Assembly: GCF_006345805.1 (NCBI RefSeq)
Contig: NC_043014.1
Span: forward strand, 46,500,001-46,564,000
Direction: 5' to 3'
DNA length: 64,000 bases
Source of the DNA: Octopus sinensis
Lineage: Eukaryota
The position numbers and the translations under genes were made by a program. Positions within the stretch are counted from its first letter, which is position 1; each line of letters opens with the position of its first letter. The notes beneath the pieces were generated by a model. The model saw only the letters and a list, made by a program, of their open reading frames with translations, made no database searches and had not been told where the DNA came from. Shown here piece after piece: positions 1 through 13,920 of this stretch.

Positions 1-197
1 CCCTCGTGACGGTGGCACATAAAAGCACCCACTACACTCTCGGAGTGGTTGGCGTTAGGTAGGGCATCCAGCTGTAGAAACTCTGCCAGATCAACACTGG
101 AGCCTGGTGCAGCCATCTGGTTCGCCGGCCCTCAGTCAAATCGTCCAACCCATGCTAGCATGGAAAGCGGACGTTAAACGATGATGATGATGATGAT
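1..197 (+). mobile_element. Repeat family C with RTE-type (GAT)n tail (representative)
   Basis: GGTGGCACGTAAAAAGCACC...CATGCTAGCATGGAAAGCGGACGTTAAACGATGATGAT. Copies near 4262, 16240, 17270(-), 20860, 26125(-), 51700(-), 59035, 59420(-). Confidence 0.85.
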
Positions 198-2034
198 GTT
201 TGATAAAGCTACAAATGTTTGCTAATGTGCTGATATGCTGATGTTCACCTTCTGGCCCCTGTTCCTCACTCACTCCATCCTGGTATGTATTTGGGATGGC
301 TATTTAATTAGTTAATTAATTAAGTGAGCAGAACTGGGAACAAAAGCATAAATATTTATGACATGTGTACATACATGATTAATGGAATTGTTTGATCATT
401 AGTTATTAGTTATCCATCAGTAACTGTTATCATCTTCATTATCATTGTTATCATGAATAGATTTATCGTCAGTGATGAGTATTTTAATTTCGTGGGGAAT
501 ATGGTGAGAGCTGTGATGCATATTATGCCTTTACAAGCCTTGTTTATTAATTGTTATTAGAAAGTGAATGGAACTACAACCAAGGATTTGAAATCTACTT
601 ACATCATCGGGAGTTTTTGAATCCCTCTATTTTGCTTGCCTGTCCCCACTCTCCTCAAGAATACAGAATCTTTAACTTCATCATCAATTATAGTGCCCTA
701 AATCCTGTCTATATCCCCAGAATGTTGATGAGAAGAAAATAATAGTCCAGAAAATAATAGTCAAGGCGGTGAGCTGGCAGAAACGTTAGCACACCGGGCG
801 AAATACTTAGCGGTATTTCGTCTGTCACTATGTTCTGAGTTCAGATTCCGCCGAGGTCAACTTTGCTTTTCATCCTTTTGGGGTCGATTAAATAACTACC
901 GGTTATGCACTGGGGCGATATAATCGACTTAATCTGTTTGTCTATCCTTGTTTGTCCCCTCTGTGTTTAGCTCCTTGTGGGTAGTAAAGAAATAGGTATT
1001 ATGTCTGCCGTTATGTTCTGAGTTCAAATTTTGCTGAGGTCGACTTTGCCTTTCATCCTTTCGGGGGTTGATGAATTAACTACCAGTTATGCACTGGGGT
1101 TGATGTAATCGACTCAATCCCTTTGTCTGTACTTGTTTGTCCCTTCTATGTTTAGCCCCTTGTGGGCAATAAAGAAATAAGAAAATGATAGTCCAGTAAG
1201 TGCAGGCATGGTCGTATTGTTAAAGAAGTTTACTTTCCAACCTGGTAGCTTCAGGTTTAACCCTACTACTGGCATTTTGAGCAGTTGTGTTCTGCTGTAA
1301 CCCTTGCCCAACCAAAGCCTTTGTGAGGGGGACTTGACAGAGAGGGAATTAAAAGAAGGCCTGTCATATATGTGTGTGTGTTTGTGCCTCTTTGATTGAT
1401 ATATTTTGTGATTGTTGTAAATGAATGTCACTGTCGTACAAGTGTTATCGTTTGTTTCCAATCTACCACGAAAACTTGACTGGTCTCGGTGAAGTAATAC
1501 CTTGCTTGGAAACAGGTGAGGGTCAGCAAGAAGGACTTCTCGCCATAGAAAATCTGCCTCAACTAATTCTGTCTTGCACATGCAAACATGGAAAAGTGGA
1601 CATTAGAAAACTATGACGGTGATGAACATGGTTACTTATAAAATTCTCTTCTAAGTTGCATATTTATGTATTCCTTTGTCCCTTATTTTTATTGCTGTCC
1701 ATGAAGTAGCATCTGTTCGCCCCCTTCCACTAGATGTGTTGTCATCATCATCATCATAGCATCCACCTTTCCTTGCTCGTGTGGATCAAACGCAATGTGT
1801 TGTGGTAGATTTTCTACAGCCAAGGGCCTTTCCTATCACTAGCTCTCATCCGTTTTCAAGTAAGTTAATATTTCCTCATGTTTTCACGGATGATTGGAAA
1901 AGAACGACACTGCTTGTATGAAGGTGAGACTCTTTTACAATAACATCATGTCAAATCAAGGACACAGTAACAAATACACACACACACACACTTATACATT
2001 TATGTTTGTGTAAGTGTGTGTATATATATATATA

Positions 2035-2265
2035 TATATGATACTAATATTAGGGAGTATAACTCCAAACTTACAGGGAAAAATTTAGTATTAAATCAAA
2101 TTTCACAATATAAATATATAAAATATAAATTATTTTAAACCACTATTATGCAACTCAAACAGTGATAGACATAAACCAATTCATAAATAACAAATAATAT
2201 ATATTGTTTTGGTTTATGTCTATCACTGTTTGAGTTGCATAATAGTGGTTTTATCTCTTAATTTA
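2035..2265. mobile_element. (TA)n-embedded element with a perfect 43-bp hairpin (2137-2179 / 2209-2251)
   Basis: Arms are exact reverse complements; same family as 51946-52240 in the opposite orientation. Confidence 0.75.
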
Positions 2266-2270
2266 TAATT

Positions 2271-2325
<55 letters not shown>

Positions 2326-2950
2326 ATGATGGGTCTCTTTCAGTTTCTGTCCACTCATAAGGCTTTGGTTGACCTGGAGCTGTAGTGGAAAAAACTTGCC
2401 CAAGAGCCACACAGTTGGATTGAACCTGAAACCAGACCATGTTGTTGGGAAGTAAACTTTGTACCACAATTACCATCCATGCACCTATCTTCGTATTTAC
2501 GTTATTTGATGTTTCTTCGTTTTACTAACCCTTTCTTTTATATATATATATATCATTGAAGTTCTCTCTCTGTAAGCTCAATAGTTCAATTTTGTTACTG
2601 TTAATTTCGACTGGCTGTTTGGGCGGTATAATTATTTGTTTTATTTTCAATTCTTTCTAGAATATTCTTTAAGGATTTTTCAAGGAAAAAGGAAATAAGA
2701 AAAAGTGCAGCATTTTCTAATACTTTTTTAAATACTTTGTCTTTTTTTTTTTTTGCATCAGTGAAATTAAATACAGGAAGCACTCAACAACAAACCTAAT
2801 TTATGTGTTAATTCAACAACACACATAGATTAATTAGTACTGAGTAACCTCATTATCATTAGTATTTAATATGAAGCCTGTGTGTGTTGTGACACAGATG
2901 GAATAAAGTAAAAGAGAAGGCAGTACACCACTTGATGGTTCAGAAAATTG

Positions 2951-3356
2951 GGATCTTTTCGGTTTGAACGGCAGTTTTTTCTAGCGGTGTCATATGAAAT
3001 TGTCACCCATAATTATGACCCTAGTATCGATCTATTGCATTTCAATCTCTTTTAGGGTTAGGGGGAAGGGTATCTTTTTTTCTTCAGAAATGTAAATAAA
3101 CCCAATCTGTTTCTTAAACGAGGGACATATTCATACGGCACAGAATGCTTTTTTACCTCAATAGACGTCATTGATTGGTTGAAATTGCAGAAATTGCAGA
3201 AAAAAAACAACAAACATCTTATAAACTACAGAATTTTCTCAATAAAGCCAAGAGAAAAAGATGTTTTATAAACACATTCTACCAGTATACGAAGTTTAAA
3301 ATTTTTTAGTTACCTAGAAATTATGTTAAAAACTGCCGTTCAAACCGAAAAGATCC
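2951..3356. mobile_element. MITE with 29-bp perfect TIRs and 8-bp TSD (GAAAATTG); GG termini, possibly Merlin-like or other 8-bp-TSD superfamily
   Basis: TIR GGATCTTTTCGGTTTGAACGGCAGTTTTT at both ends; GAAAATTG at 2943-2950 and 3357-3364. Confidence 0.9.
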
Positions 3357-6300
3357 GAAAATTGTAATGGTAGTTGGGGTAGCCAAAGCAACAGGAAGGA
3401 AAAGCCTATGCATGGGTTTGTGGTTGCAGCTTGTGAATGAGTCAATCATTACTAAATTTGTTTCATGGCTATTTTTTTTTCAATCTAAGGTGTGTATAGC
3501 AGATATTTTATCAGTTGTGAAATGTAGTAACTGCAATACCCTAGATTTGTAAATCATTTCTCAAATGTGCATTTCACTGCTATATATAGGTCACAACTGA
3601 TGTACTTTAAGCCTTTGAGGTACTTCTTTTGGTTATGTCATGTGTTGTCACCTGGAAACTTCACTAGAGATTGTGGAGTTTCACATTTGTAGAAGTTTGA
3701 TGGGTTTTCTTTGCGTTTTTTTTTTTAGCTGTGCGATGTGTAGTGAGTGTTTTGGCAACGATAAAAGACAGAGAGAGAGACTAAATTACTATGTTTGTTA
3801 TGTCCCTATAGAAGGATATTTTCAAGGTCTCTGTTCACAGAAGCAGCATAGGGTTGGCATGATGTATCTATGTGCAGAAGGTTAAGACTGCACTTATCCA
3901 CTTTCCATGCTTGCGCAACAAGACATGTCCTAGCATGAAAAAATCTGTGAGTAAATAAATTTCTGATGCTGATAAAATAAGTCAGAAAACTAGAGAAATT
4001 TTAGAATTATTAAATTAGATTGCTTCATATGTGGTATATTTAACAGAAACATATATATATATAACGATAAATGTTGCCCTTTTCAAGCCTAGCCAGTCTC
4101 ATGGGCCCGGTTTGCCGGTTTCTGTGGCGTGCATATGTGTTCCCCCCCAGCTGGATGTGACGCCAGTCCATTGCAGCGTTACTCAAGAAACAGGAAGAGA
4201 AAGTGAGAGAAAGTTGTGGCGAAAGAGTACAACAGGGGTCACCACCACCCCCTGCCAGAGCTTAACAATAAACGCACACTGTGCGGGTGGCACGTAAAAA
4301 GCACCCACTACACTCACGGAGTGGTTGGCGTTAGGAAGGGCATCCAACCATAGAAACACTGCCAGATCTGACTGGGCCTGATGAAGCCTTCCAGCTTCAC
4401 AGACCCCAGTTGAACCGTCCAACCCATGCTAGCATGGAGAACAGACGCTAAATCATGATGATGATGATGATGATGATGATGCCCGGTCTGGGAATCAAAA
4501 CCACGATCCTCCAACCGCAAGTTAGCTGCCCTAACCACTGGGCTATTGCACCTCCACTATATATATATATATATATGAACCAATCTATCTAAAGTTATTG
4601 AATGTTTAAATATTCAGAACTTTTTTGTTGGACTTTCACACTTCTTTCAAAAGCTGACAATTTACAAATGTATAACCTTTAGTTACCAACCACACAATTA
4701 ACCAATTAGTGTTAAAACCAGCCATATATTTCTGGCTGTCTTATGTTCAAACTGGCCAGATCTGGCCTCTCACACTGACCCTACACTGTCATTTAAAAAA
4801 AATAAATAGTTCATATCATTGAAATCTGAAAGCTATGAGATAATGCTTGATTAATTCAAAATGATGTGAGTAAATAAGCATTACACTTGATAGAATAATC
4901 TGGAAGCTAAAGTGTTAAATTTCATTAATTTCAAAATATTTATACTTTAGTATATAGATTGTGCTGTATTTTCTTTTTCTTTTGTTTTGTTTTGTTCGAT
5001 ATTTAGTTGGTTAAATCTTGGTGCTAATGTAGTATTTCGTTCCTGTTGACAGTTCCTTACTAACTCACTCTGATAGAAATATATTGATTTTTATCTATAA
5101 ATTTTACGAAATGATCTCTATGTATTGTAGATAGGTGTATATATGACTTCCATGCATAAGATAGTCTACTGTTGTGTTGTTTTCCCCAGTTTTGAGTTTT
5201 GAATAATGTTTGATGACTGAGTAAAAGTAGAAAAATGACATTAGTTGTGTGTATTGGTTTGTGTGTGTGAAAGACAGGAAGATACCGACAGCTGAAATTT
5301 CAATAACAAAATATATATTATGTAAAGCTGAGTGAAATTAAATGTGTGACTGAAACTATATATATATATTTATATGACTGACACGATTTCTTTGGATGGC
5401 TACTACTACTACTACTACTACTACTACATACACACACAGACACACACTGTCTCACCTGACTGTATTTATTTGGTATTGGTTTTATACTTATAACTTGTCA
5501 CTGACCTATATTGACAGGTTGTGGTTCAATATTGACCGAGATTGTTCATTTAAAAAAAAAATTGACAAAAGATTTTGGCTTAACAAATGACTATTAGCCC
5601 TACCTGCCATTAATCTGAGCAGTCCATTAATTCCTCTTGAGTCTTCCTCATTCTTAGCCTACAAAGGTGAAATGAAATTGAGAAATATCTACTCTTATTA
5701 ACTGTTACCAATGACACTAGCTCTAGCTTTCTTTTTCCCCCTTTGTCCCAAGTGTTTGGCAATTGAAGTTGTTTTAATTTCTTCTTAGGATTAAGTTAAC
5801 CTCAACTTCTGGAATTCTTAACATGAAGAGTGCATCCTCTCTTTCCATGTAGAAATCAAGGAAAGGAATGATAACCCCTAACTGTAACAGTTACAATTAT
5901 TCCTTTGTTTAATAGAAAGTGACTAGTAGAGTTTGAACTTGTAACATTGGGATTTCTGCCTATTATCATTCAGTGTTACTCTGATCAACTCTTCTTTTAC
6001 ATTCTGTTCTACCACCACTGGTAAGGTCGACTTTGCCTTTCATCCTTTCGGGGTCGATTAAATAAGTACCAGTTACGCACTGGGGTCGATGTAATCGACT
6101 TAAATCCGTTTGTCCTTGTTTGTCCCCTCTGTGTTTAGCCCCTTGTGGGTAGTACAGAAATTGGTATTAGTGCCACTGAAAATTCAATATTTGGTTTCCA
6201 TGTGGCACATTATTGGCCAATAAATCCCTTTTATTCATTCAAAACTTTTTCTAATAGCTGTTATGTCTTTACCAAAACCTGAATACATTTCAAGTAAGAA

Positions 6301-6479
6301 ATGTTGACTGCTTCAAACAAACTATTGTCACATTTTGTTGTGTAAAGGAAAATGTGGCTTGATCAGACAGGTACAAGGTTGTTTTATTTATGTATTGTGG
6401 AGATATAAAACTGTACCAGTTAATCAGTGTTAGCATGGGAAAAAAATGTACACATTTTTTTTTTTTTTTGCCATATTAG

Positions 6480-6800
6480 TGAAGGTGCATTGAGCTCACA
6501 ATCATGAGGTAGCAAGTTCAATTCCCAGATTGGGCTGTGTGTTGTGTTCTTGAGCAAGATACTTTATTTTATCTCGCTCCAGCTGACTCAGCCATAGAAA
6601 ATGAGTTGTGATGTCACAGGTGCCAAGCTGTATTGGCCTTTGCCCTTCCCTTGGATAACATTGGTCCGATGGAGAAGAGGAGGCTGGTATGCATGGGCAA
6701 CTATTGGTCTGCCATAAACAATCTTGCCCAGACTTGTGCCTCAGAAAGGAACCTTCTAGGTGCAATCCCATGGTCATTCATGACCAAAGGGGTTCGTTAT
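6480..6800 (+). mobile_element. Old tRNA-derived SINE-like element
   Basis: B-box-like AGTTCAATTCCC followed by GTGTTCTTGAGCAAGATACTTT, typical of SINE bodies. Confidence 0.5.
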
Positions 6801-7131
6801 AGTATTAATATTGAGTTTTGAATGCCATCAACTATCTTTAGAATGCAAATATCTTGTAGATTCTTCCTTACAGTCCATACTAAATAACAGGTGACAGCCT
6901 TACTGCACTCATCACACACACCAAGGAATCCACTGCTTAGTCACACAATATTCTTGAATTAACAACCGAATATCCTTGTAGTCATACTTTGCTGACTTAA
7001 AACTGGAGGTAGGCATAGGGTAGCTCAGAACTGTATGTATTCTATTTGGAATAAAGGCAGGATTGGTGTCAGTAGGGATGTCTTTGATCAGAGATCTTCT
7101 CAGTCTGAACTGATTTGTGGCTAAACAATTG

Positions 7132-7517
7132 TTGGAAGCACTCCGTCGGTTACGACGACGAGGGTTCCGGTTGATCCGATCAACGGAACAGCCTGCTCGT
7201 GAAATTAACGTGTAAGTGGCTGAGCACTCCACAGACACGTGTACCCTTAACGTAGTTCTCGGGGATATTCAGCGTGACACAGAGAGTGACAAGGCCGGCC
7301 CTTTGAAATACAGGTACAACAGAAACAGGAAGTAAGAGTGAGAGAAAGTTGTGGTGAAAGAGTACAGCAGGGATCACCACCATCCCCTGCCGGAGCCTCG
7401 TGGAGCTTTTAGGTGTTTTCGCTCAATAAACACTCACAACACCCGGTCTGGGAATCAAAAGCGCGATCCTACAACCGCGAGTCCGCTGCCCTAACCACTG
7501 GGCCATTGCGCCTCCAC
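7132..7517 (-). mobile_element. tRNA-derived SINE family D with TSD
   Basis: tRNA-like head on the minus strand (GGCGCAATGGCCCAGTGGTTAGG..GGTTTCGATTCCC); TSD GGCTAAACAATT. Near-identical copies 32402-32787(-) and 55212-55598(-, TSD ATTATTGTTCT); variants 36975(+), 55725(+), 4065-4557(-, split by a family C copy). Confidence 0.9.
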
Positions 7518-10214
7518 GGCTAAACAATTATGGACTGCATGAAGGAATAAATTAGCATATCTTTCTTGATATTAATGATTACAAACAGACTGTGTGACAG
7601 TTGGACTTTATTGAAAAAAAAAACAGACCTTTCTGTTTCCAAAATCTGGTGGAACTGGTGATGGAAAACATAGAGACTTTAATGTAGGAGAAAGGATAAT
7701 GTCAAAGAATAGTAATTCCATTTTAGGAAGCCACTGGCACAATCTTGGTCTCTTTCTTTGGTGTTATTTGATCAAAGAAAAAGACTAAGTTAGAACTTCT
7801 AATCAAAATTTTCTATCTAGTAAAAAAAAACAACAAATTTATGAAAATCATTTTTCCATTTGATTTTATGTTTTGAACAAGTTCCTTTTAGACAAAATTA
7901 AATCTGATCTGTGCTAATTATTGACAAAAATCTATGATTAATTTTGATTTTTTTTTTTTAATCCTGACATAACGAGAATTTGAGAAGAATTCATACAGAC
8001 AGTGTTAAAATACTCTGTGTCAACATTTTACAAAAACAGTTATTGAAATTTCTTTAGCCTTTCCATTCTATTGCTGTGAGAGTGTGATATATTTTAAGTG
8101 GGTATTGAATCTTGAATCTGAAAGTGTTTGTATGGTTATTTTAAAGCTTTGAACTAAAAAGTCAGACCCCCCCCTTTTTTTTTTAACCTAAACTGTTTAG
8201 CATATAATAATCTTTGGTTGTTTTGCTTGACATACCAACTATTTCTTCTCGTTCCTAAGCCATAGAAAAATCCAAGTTGTCTGTTCGTGTTCCAACCATT
8301 ATTGACATATTTATTGCCCTGGCCCAAGGTAAGTTGTGTAATTAGGTGCAAGAGGTGAGGATTGTTTAGTGAAACACAGGTGTTTTTAGAGTCCGAGAAA
8401 TAGAAGGCGAGTGCATACATATACTCTCACATACCTATGTTCAGAGTTCCTCAAAAAAATCTATACACACTTCAGGAAAGGAAAAATTTGTGTAAATATT
8501 ATAATTCAGTGTTATTGCAATTTATTCTATGTTGTTAGAATTTGATGTAGGTATTTATATTTATAGGGGTACTTATACAAGTTAAATATTTATACAGATT
8601 TTTTCCTTTCTTGTAGTGTGTATACATTATTTTGGTGGACTCTGTATTTATGCAGGCAGATAAATATACACAAATACTGCCAGATATGCAACCATGTACC
8701 GACAACATAAATTCACTGACATGCACATATACACACGCATCTATACAGCAGTGGGCAAACATAGGTATACAGTTGCATGATATGACTGGAATGTTCTCTT
8801 CATTTCTCCGTTTCTTTTTTTAGGATAAGAATCCTATGGTTCTATGTTCTTTTTAACGAATTCTTTCTGTCAAAAAATAATTATTCCTATCTTGAGAGAA
8901 ATGAAAAGAACATTCCACTTCTATTAAGCAACCATATACCAGCTTTTGCCGGTAAGCCTCACACACACACACTATACTTATATTACATACACTGTCATAT
9001 AGCCTTACTTACACACTCATTTTCATAGCTCTACACACACACACACACACAGCGAAGCTGCTAAACTTACAAGATATGTCCAAAAATGTTGATGGCATTA
9101 ATGATGATATATCTGTGGATGAAGAGGCACTCAAGTATTTCTTCAAGATATGACATTTCCTATGCAGTACCATTTATATGAAAGAATACCCAAAAATAAA
9201 TATAAAAAAAAGTGTTTCAGATTTTGCTTAAATTCATTCATTAACACATAAGGAATATTTTCCATAAAATATTCTGCTAAATACAAGCATATCAGGTCTG
9301 ACATTGTTATTTAGGACAGAACACAAAAGCAAAAAAAAAAATACCCAAATCTATGAACGGTTGTGAAGGTTGGTTGCTCAGATGATGTGCAAAATGGAGA
9401 TTTCTCTCAAGTTCGGTAATAAAGAGAACATTTATTGTCAACTGCTTTTCAAAACTTACTATTTCTCTATCTCGATTATAAATTTATATAATTTATATAA
9501 ACATTGGTGCACTAGTTTATGTTACTAAATGTCAATAGTGGTAAGAAGCTTGCTTATGAACAACATGGTTCCGGATTCAGTCCCACTGTGTGGCACCTTG
9601 GGCAAGTGTCTTCTATTATAGCCTCAGGCCAACCAAAGCCTTGTGAGTGGATTTGGTAGGCGGAAACTGAAAGAAGCCCGTCGTATGTGTGTGTATATGT
9701 TTGTGTGTCTGTGTTTGTCCCCCCCAACATCGCTTGACAACCGATGCTGGTGAGTTTATGTCCCCGTTACTTAGCGGTTCGGCAAAAGAGACCGATAGAA
9801 TAAGTACTAGGCTTACAAAGAATAAGTCCTGTGATCGATTTGCTCGACCAAAGGCGGTGCTCCAGCATGGCCACAGTCACATGACTGAAACAAGTAAAAG
9901 AGTAAAGAGTAAAGAGCTAAGGTTTTGAAGTAAAGAAAGGGTTCGGCCAGCCTGTATACTGCACCTTCAGTCTGTAAGGGGAAGAATGAAAGTGAGTCTT
10001 TTCCGACATTCAAGACGTGTCTCTTTTGTGTTGGTTTTTTTTTTTCTACATTCAATGAAAGAGCTCTGTTTCTTAGAAACCAGTTCTTTCTTTGAAGAAA
10101 ATGTCAAGGAAATAAGGAAAGCACTGAAATATTTGTGCATATATGTACACACAATAAATTTTGTTTAAGCATTGAAACCTATTTAAGAAATTATTATTCA
10201 ATAGGAATTTTACC

Positions 10215-10297
<83 letters not shown>

Positions 10298-10450
10298 GTA
10301 GAAGCTTGGTTTCTGAACAACTCTGATCACAAATAAATCATACTTTATCTCCTGTCTTTCTCATATTCATTTAATACAGTAGTGCCTTGGTTTATGAATG
10401 CCTCTGATCATAAATAAATCATACTTTATCTATCTATCTATCTATCTATC

Positions 10451-10519
<69 letters not shown>

Positions 10520-11379
10520 GCACAATTTATTTGCGATCAGAGTTGTTCAAAAACTGAGATACTACTGTATATATATATATTATATATATATATATATATA
10601 ATATAACTGCTATCAGTTGTTAGTGCCTACTTATTTATCAAAATACTCCCAATATTTTGGAGAAAATAGCCATTTCATTGGATTCATTTCATAGATTCAT
10701 TCCAACTTTACGCCCCAATATATACCCTACACCTTTCACTGAGGTTTTTCTTTTGTTTTTTTCTTCTTTGATGCTGTGTGTTTTATTTTAGCTATAAACC
10801 TCTGTGATATTTTAGAGATCTGCTCATACTAAAACTGACAACAACTGTAGAAGAAATTCCTGAATCCTAATTTACTTGGATTTTTTTTACTTCATTCCCT
10901 CATTTACCAATTTCAGAATATCAAATAAACATCCATAGCAAGTTTTTATTCTTTTTTCGCAGAAAATAATTTTGTGCTAACCATTTGCAGTATTTATCCA
11001 AGTTCACATATTCTTTGCAGCTTTGGTTACAGAAAAGCTCACTTGCTGTTTGCCTAGATAATAGAGTATCTATGCTAATTGTTTTCCCCCCTCTATTAAA
11101 CATCTCCTATTCTAATCTCTTTTTGTGATCTTTGAGCAGAATATCTGTTATGAGTTGGCGATTGCCTTTCTAACTGCCTTTCTGACTAAGCTGCATGGTT
11201 TTATAAATTGTTTATATTAATTACATGCTGACTTCGCTGATTAATCAACTGCCTCCGTTCACTTCACCGATTCTTCCTTATTTCATCGATATCCTTGTTG
11301 GAATCCCTTAATCTTTGTCCTATTTGTCATGGAATTATGCTTCTTTTTACTTAATCCACATGCACACACACACATAATT

Positions 11380-11583
11380 ATATATACACATGCATACACA
11401 CACATTCATATATATATATGTATATAGGTATATATGTATATATATATGTATATATATATATAGAAATACATTCATATATATGTATATACATATATATATG
11501 TGTGTGTATATATATATATACATTCATTCATTTATATATATGTATATACACTTTCATATATATACACATTCATTCATTCATTC

Positions 11584-11615
<32 letters not shown>

Positions 11616-11639
11616 AGAATATATTATATATATATATAT

Positions 11640-11682
<43 letters not shown>

Positions 11683-12366
11683 TATATATATATGTTGTAT
11701 TATATATATACATATATCTATATGTAATTCCTCTTCACTCCTAGCCACTTTCTCCCTTCCACCCTTTCCCTTCATCATCACCCCCTGCATCGTTACCCCA
11801 CCTCTACACATTCCACCCCACCCCCAACACCACTCCCACACATACCCACCCTACATCCACCCTGACCCCCAACTCATGCCTCACCCTTACTCCTCCACAC
11901 CCCAATACCACCCACCACCACACCACATCACACCACCCCGCACACACTAGCAATGATCTCTTCCCAGGACCCACACCATCATCCACACACACCTACACAT
12001 CCACACACCTACACATCCACACACGCACACATCAAGGTCACCAGCCCCTATCCACATAGACATACACACACTCGCATATGCTTGCGCACCTTCATTTTGG
12101 GATCACCACTACTTTTCTTTTTTTATCTGCCCTTCTTCCTAGCTCTCCTGTCTCATCATCTCTGTCCGACATTCACCATGATTGATCGCTAGCCACTAAA
12201 CCCTTTTTTATTTGAAACATAAAAGCCTTTTTCACTTCCCGAGCATTAAACTAATACATCTGTTTTCTGTTTACACACCCGTCTTCATCTTTTTGTTTTT
12301 GTAAATTCCAACTATATATATACATACATATATATATATACACATACACACAGTCATTCATTCATA

Positions 12367-12408
<42 letters not shown>

Positions 12409-12526
12409 CACACACACATATATATATGTATGTACATTTATTGATTCATATATATATATATACTACACACACACATAAATATATGTACATTCATTCATTT
12501 ACATATATATGTGCATTCATTCATTC

Positions 12527-12573
<47 letters not shown>

Positions 12574-13022
12574 ATGTAATGTAATGATATGGATATATAT
12601 GTCATTCATAATATATATCTTCAATATATGTCATTCATTCACATATATATATAGTATACTATTATAATTATATATTAGATATATATTATATACATATTAT
12701 ATATATATATTCAATATATATTCATCTTCACATATATATATATGAATATCTATAATTAATATAATATAATATATATATTCATATATAATTATATTATAGA
12801 ATATATATATATTCATATATATTCATTCATTCACATTATATATATATACATATATAATTATTATATATATTCATATATATTCTTCATTCATATAATATAT
12901 ATGTATATATATATAATATATATATATGTATATATATATAATATATAATATGCTATATATATTATATAATTATATATATTATTATAGTCATATATATCAT
13001 TCATTCACATATATATATGATG

Positions 13023-13053
<31 letters not shown>

Positions 13054-13819
13054 TTCATTCATATATGTATGTTATATGTATATATATCTATATATATATT
13101 AAAATATATATATATATAATTCATTCATCATAATTATGTATATATATATATAATATATATATAATATAATTCAATTCATTCATATATGTTATATATAATA
13201 TCTAATATATATATATATATATATTCATTCATTCATATATGTATGTATATATATATATATATTCATTCATTCATATCTGTATGTATATATTATTATATAG
13301 TATAACATTCATTCATATATGTATGTATATATATATCATATATTCATTCATTCATATATGTATGTATATTATTATATATTCATTCATTCATATATGTATG
13401 TATATATATATATATATTATTCAGTCATATATGTATGTCTATATATATATATATATTCCCTCATTCAGATATGTATGTATATATATATCTATTCATTCAT
13501 TCATATATGTATGTATATATATATATATATATTCATCAATTCATTATGTATTATAAATATATATATTCATTCATTCATATATGTACGTTGTATATTATAT
13601 ATATATATTATATTCATTCATTATATATGTTGTATGTATATATTATATATCTATTATATATCTATATATATATATATTCACTCATTCATATATGTATTGT
13701 ATAATATATAATTATATATATATTCACTCATTATATGTATGTATCTAATATATATATATATTCACTCATTCATATATGTAGTATATATATATATATATAT
13801 TCATTCATTCATATGTATG

Positions 13820-13864
<45 letters not shown>

Positions 13865-13920
13865 TATATATTCATTCTTCATATATACATATATATATGT
13901 ATGTGTGTGTGTGTGTGTGT
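11380..13920. repeat. Large compound (TA)n/(TTCA)n microsatellite with a C-rich island at about 11730-12320
   Basis: Seen directly. Confidence 0.95.

Noticed and set aside
551-742. 63-aa ORF as a gene or Piezo exon
   Set aside because: No recognisable motif and no donor site before the stop.
6258-6293. 36-nt microexon candidate (AG...CAA|GTAAGA)
   Set aside because: Too short to judge, no homology, expected by chance in AT-rich DNA; same for 8266-8328.
7440-7517. tRNA genes at SINE heads
   Set aside because: A and B boxes are present but they continue into SINE bodies with TSDs and lack a full cloverleaf.
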